Virus record (IMG/VR): IMGVR_UViG_3300002307_000022
Location: 108,585 to 144,976 of that record
DNA length: 36,392 bases
Direction: 5' to 3' (one strand)
Source of the DNA: a virus
Part shown: positions 33,582-36,392 of the stretch, piece by piece
How positions within the stretch are numbered: the first letter of the stretch is position 1
How the letters are laid out: each line of letters starts with the position of its first letter
The notes under the pieces: model-generated
The model's database searches: none
Told to the model about the DNA's origin: nothing
What the model saw: only the letters and a program-made list of their open reading frames with translations
Translations under genes and position numbers: made by a program

Positions 33582-35582
33582 ATGGCATCACAAATTAAAT
33601 TAAGAAGAGGAACTAAACAACAGTGGATTTCTGCTGCTCCTGTGTACTTAGGAAACGGTGAGCCTGGCTTAGAACTCGATACTCATAAAATTAAATACGG
33701 TGACGGGTCAACAGAATGGCAAGCTTTACCATATGCATCAGAACCAATTCCAAATCAAACAGGAAATGGTGGGAAATTCCTAACTACTGACGGAAACGGT
33801 ATACTCAGCTGGGCTACTATGGGCGACGATGATAGTAGTTATGTAACTAATTCAAGCTTATCAACTACATTAAGCAGCTATGCTACAACAACTGCATTAG
33901 GCAATCTAATACCATCACAGTCAGGTAACAACGGAAAGATCTTAACTACTAATGGTAGCACATTAAGCTGGACAACAGCAGGCGGATTAAGTCTAGGTAA
34001 CTTTACTTTTGACAATAGCACTATGCATATTCCAGTCTTCGGCGGTGGAAGCACATCTTACTTAAACGCAGGCGGAGTTGGGACTCGCAATAGTGTTCAA
34101 CTTAGAACAGTCGTAGAATACACCAACACAGATATCACACAATCTGAAATCGCATTAGAAGCAGGCAATGGTGGGTTTAGCGCACAAGTATACGGACACT
34201 GGACCGGCGGCGCAGACGGATCGGGCGGGCCAACACTAGTATATGCTGGTGTAGAAAATGTAAGTGGAGCTAATGGTCCAGGATTCGCTGGCATGGTTGC
34301 TATCGATCCGGGTGTGACCAGTCAGTATGCTGTGGCAGTTGATGAAGGCGGCAAGATATACATGAACGTGGGCGGCCCAGTGACCACCACGCAATACACA
34401 GCGGCACTGGGTGTGCTTACCAGCGACATCAACGGTGAAACTGGTCAGGCCAACTTGAATGGTATTGCAGTTACTCCGGACTTTACTGCAATAACAGGCA
34501 AAGACCAAATTACCATGAGCACAACCCGCGGCACTATATTGCTAGGCAACCAAGCAGAATGTCTAGGCGGAGAAAATCATTGGCACATCATGCCAGCAGA
34601 TTCATCTGCAACAGATCTATTTTTTGGCAACGACACAAACTATGTTAAATTGCCACGTGGCACAGGCAATGTAGTAGTTGGTGCAGGCGGACCAGAATGG
34701 ACATTTGACTCAGCAGGAATATTAAACTTTCCAAATAATAACGGACAGATTGGTCAGTTAGAAGCTCCATATACTGGATTAGAATTCCGCACAGGATCAG
34801 GTGCTGATTGGATTGGAATAAGTTATGGTGAGATAGAAGACAACAACACTAGCTATTTTTACTTTGATAAAGATGGCAGTAACTATCTAACTGATAATCA
34901 TAGAGCACATCTACAGATAAAAAATCCTGCACACAATGGGCATTTAGAATGGTTATTTGATTCAAGCGGTACATTAACATTACCACAAAATGCAACAATA
35001 ACTGATACTGGAAATAGTGTAGTTATAGTACCAAATTCGTTATCTAGTGATTTCCAGCTAGAGATTAAAGCATACCAAGACATTGTAACACCAGACGATA
35101 TACATATACGAGCAAATAATAATAACTATGGACTAGTTATTGGTGACAGCAATGGCGGTAGCTATGTAAACGTAAACGGTGATAATAATCAAAATACTGT
35201 TGTTATTTCAACTATTAACAAGAACGATGAAGAAAGAAAAGATTTTACTTTTGATGTGCTGGGGAATTTACACGTACCTGGCGATGTAACAGTTTCGGCA
35301 GTTGGCGCATTTAGAAACAGTAATGGCGTAAGAGCAGCGTATATAACTGAAGTACCAATAGATGTTAGCGACCTAACTGACAATATGAGCTTGCTACCAA
35401 AAGATCAATCACCAGTAGAAATAGCTATAGATGGTGGGCACGCACTAGCATTTTTTGCAGCTCCAACATCAGCAGATGGTGGTGGATCAGCTGGACGTTT
35501 TGGACCAAATAGCATTGTCTTTAACGGTGGCGGAGCCAGTGGTGGCATTTATGACACAGTATTAAACGGCGGCGGAGCATAA
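33582..35582 (+). CDS. Tail fibre protein with Mtd_N-like N-terminal domain (666 aa)
   Basis: QIKLRRGT...W......L..GEPG.E.DT.K.K.GDG.T.W..LPY; two IP.Q.GN.GK.LTT.G...LSW units; W.FD..G.L..P modules; [D/N]GG-rich C-terminus. Confidence 0.78.
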   Translation: MASQIKLRRGTKQQWISAAPVYLGNGEPGLELDTHKIKYGDGSTEWQALPYASEPIPNQTGNGGKFLTTDGNGILSWATMGDDDSSYVTNSSLSTTLSSYATTTALGNLIPSQSGNNGKILTTNGSTLSWTTAGGLSLGNFTFDNSTMHIPVFGGGSTSYLNAGGVGTRNSVQLRTVVEYTNTDITQSEIALEAGNGGFSAQVYGHWTGGADGSGGPTLVYAGVENVSGANGPGFAGMVAIDPGVTSQYAVAVDEGGKIYMNVGGPVTTTQYTAALGVLTSDINGETGQANLNGIAVTPDFTAITGKDQITMSTTRGTILLGNQAECLGGENHWHIMPADSSATDLFFGNDTNYVKLPRGTGNVVVGAGGPEWTFDSAGILNFPNNNGQIGQLEAPYTGLEFRTGSGADWIGISYGEIEDNNTSYFYFDKDGSNYLTDNHRAHLQIKNPAHNGHLEWLFDSSGTLTLPQNATITDTGNSVVIVPNSLSSDFQLEIKAYQDIVTPDDIHIRANNNNYGLVIGDSNGGSYVNVNGDNNQNTVVISTINKNDEERKDFTFDVLGNLHVPGDVTVSAVGAFRNSNGVRAAYITEVPIDVSDLTDNMSLLPKDQSPVEIAIDGGHALAFFAAPTSADGGGSAGRFGPNSIVFNGGGASGGIYDTVLNGGGA

Positions 35583-35583
35583 T

Positions 35584-36392
35584 ATGACAAACAAGATTCA
35601 GTTAAGAAGAGATACAACATCAAACTGGGAGAGAGTAAATCCTATCCTAGATGATGGTGAGCCTGGGTTAGACATCACAACTAATCAAGTAAAGTATGGT
35701 GATGGTTCCACAGCATGGAATGATTTAGATTATGCTAGTGGCGGCGGCTTAACAGATGTAGACGGTTTAGTTACTTTTCCCGGAGACTTGCTAATTGGAA
35801 CATTGTTTCCAAATGATCCTATGCCAGGCGGCAACAAGGAAAGCGTTGTATGGGCAAAAGATGATACAGAATATCTAGGACTATGGTGGGGCGGTGATCA
35901 GATCTATCCAGAAAACAATTATGGCCCAGTAGCAGGCATCATGATTGGACCCAATGACGATAATAGCTTAACTGATGATTTTACTGATAATGCTAGTCCA
36001 GTTGGAACAAGTATTGTTGCTGCTATTAATGACAAAGATGGTAATACTTTAGAGTGGCGCTTTGATCGTGATGGTAAAACAACTTTTCCTGACAACACTA
36101 TAACTCCAGTTGCTGGAAATGATTTAGCAATTAACGCTGCCAATGAATATCAAGTTAGTAGTTTGAATTTCATTGGGACAAATAACAGTTATGTCTTATT
36201 TCCAGGATTTACTGTTGGTCCAGCAACAACAAATTCATTTACAATTGAGTTTTTCTTCAGATTAGCAGATGACCCTAGTTCAATACAACATGCGTTTATT
36301 GGTTCAGGCGCCACAAATGGTCTTAGCATCTATACTGGCGCAGGTGTTGGTACACCAAATAATAATACAATAACAGTTGATTGTGATGGCAA
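35584..36392 (+). CDS. Second Mtd_N-like fibre protein, with the start of a LamG/ConA-like domain (3'-truncated; absent from the ORF track)
   Basis: Hand translation: MTNKIQLRRDTTSNWERVNPILDDGEPGLDITTNQVKYGDGSTAWNDLDY...EWRFDRDGKTTFP...SSLNFIGTNNSYV...NSFTIEFFFR; open to the window end. Confidence 0.85.
   Translation, partial: MTNKIQLRRDTTSNWERVNPILDDGEPGLDITTNQVKYGDGSTAWNDLDYASGGGLTDVDGLVTFPGDLLIGTLFPNDPMPGGNKESVVWAKDDTEYLGLWWGGDQIYPENNYGPVAGIMIGPNDDNSLTDDFTDNASPVGTSIVAAINDKDGNTLEWRFDRDGKTTFPDNTITPVAGNDLAINAANEYQVSSLNFIGTNNSYVLFPGFTVGPATTNSFTIEFFFRLADDPSSIQHAFIGSGATNGLSIYTGAGVGTPNNNTITVDCDG

Noticed and set aside
33582-36392. Diversity-generating retroelement suggested by the Mtd_N-like domains
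   Set aside because: No reverse transcriptase, and no template/variable repeat pair differing at adenines is visible. Mtd_N alone is a common fibre N-terminal domain.
1-36392. Stop-codon reassignment (no accepted gene ends in TAG)
   Set aside because: Very long ORFs are intact in the standard code and the genes tile the window, so nothing requires read-through. TAG avoidance is expected in an AT-rich genome.

Overview
A late (virion morphogenesis) region of a large T4-like tailed phage, probably a jumbo myovirus, read in the standard genetic code. The + strand carries the 3' part of a gp23-like major capsid gene with its terminator, a small gene with its own sigma70-type promoter, and about 27 kb of fibre and adaptor genes, including proteins of 1339, ~2836 and 2146 aa. 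A convergent - strand operon encodes a gp14-like neck protein, a free-standing GIY-YIG homing endonuclease, a gp15-like tail completion protein, a NUDIX hydrolase and a cupin. A divergent + strand cluster encodes fibre proteins with gp9/gp10-like or Mtd_N-like N-termini. Most transcription units start at a T4-late-like [A/G]ATAAATA box. The main observations are these. (1) Fibre genes ending in a short hydrophobic tail are repeatedly followed by a 'cap' gene, and one cap is a ~120-aa domain split by a ~2,700-aa insert. (2) Repeat domains in the two largest proteins appear nested or telescoped inside one another rather than simply tandem. (3) The gp15-like gene just downstream of the endonuclease has its SD/GTG start out of frame across a U7 slippery run. 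(4) There are two structured late leaders and two apparently leaderless genes. All functional calls come from motif recognition by eye; no database searches were run.
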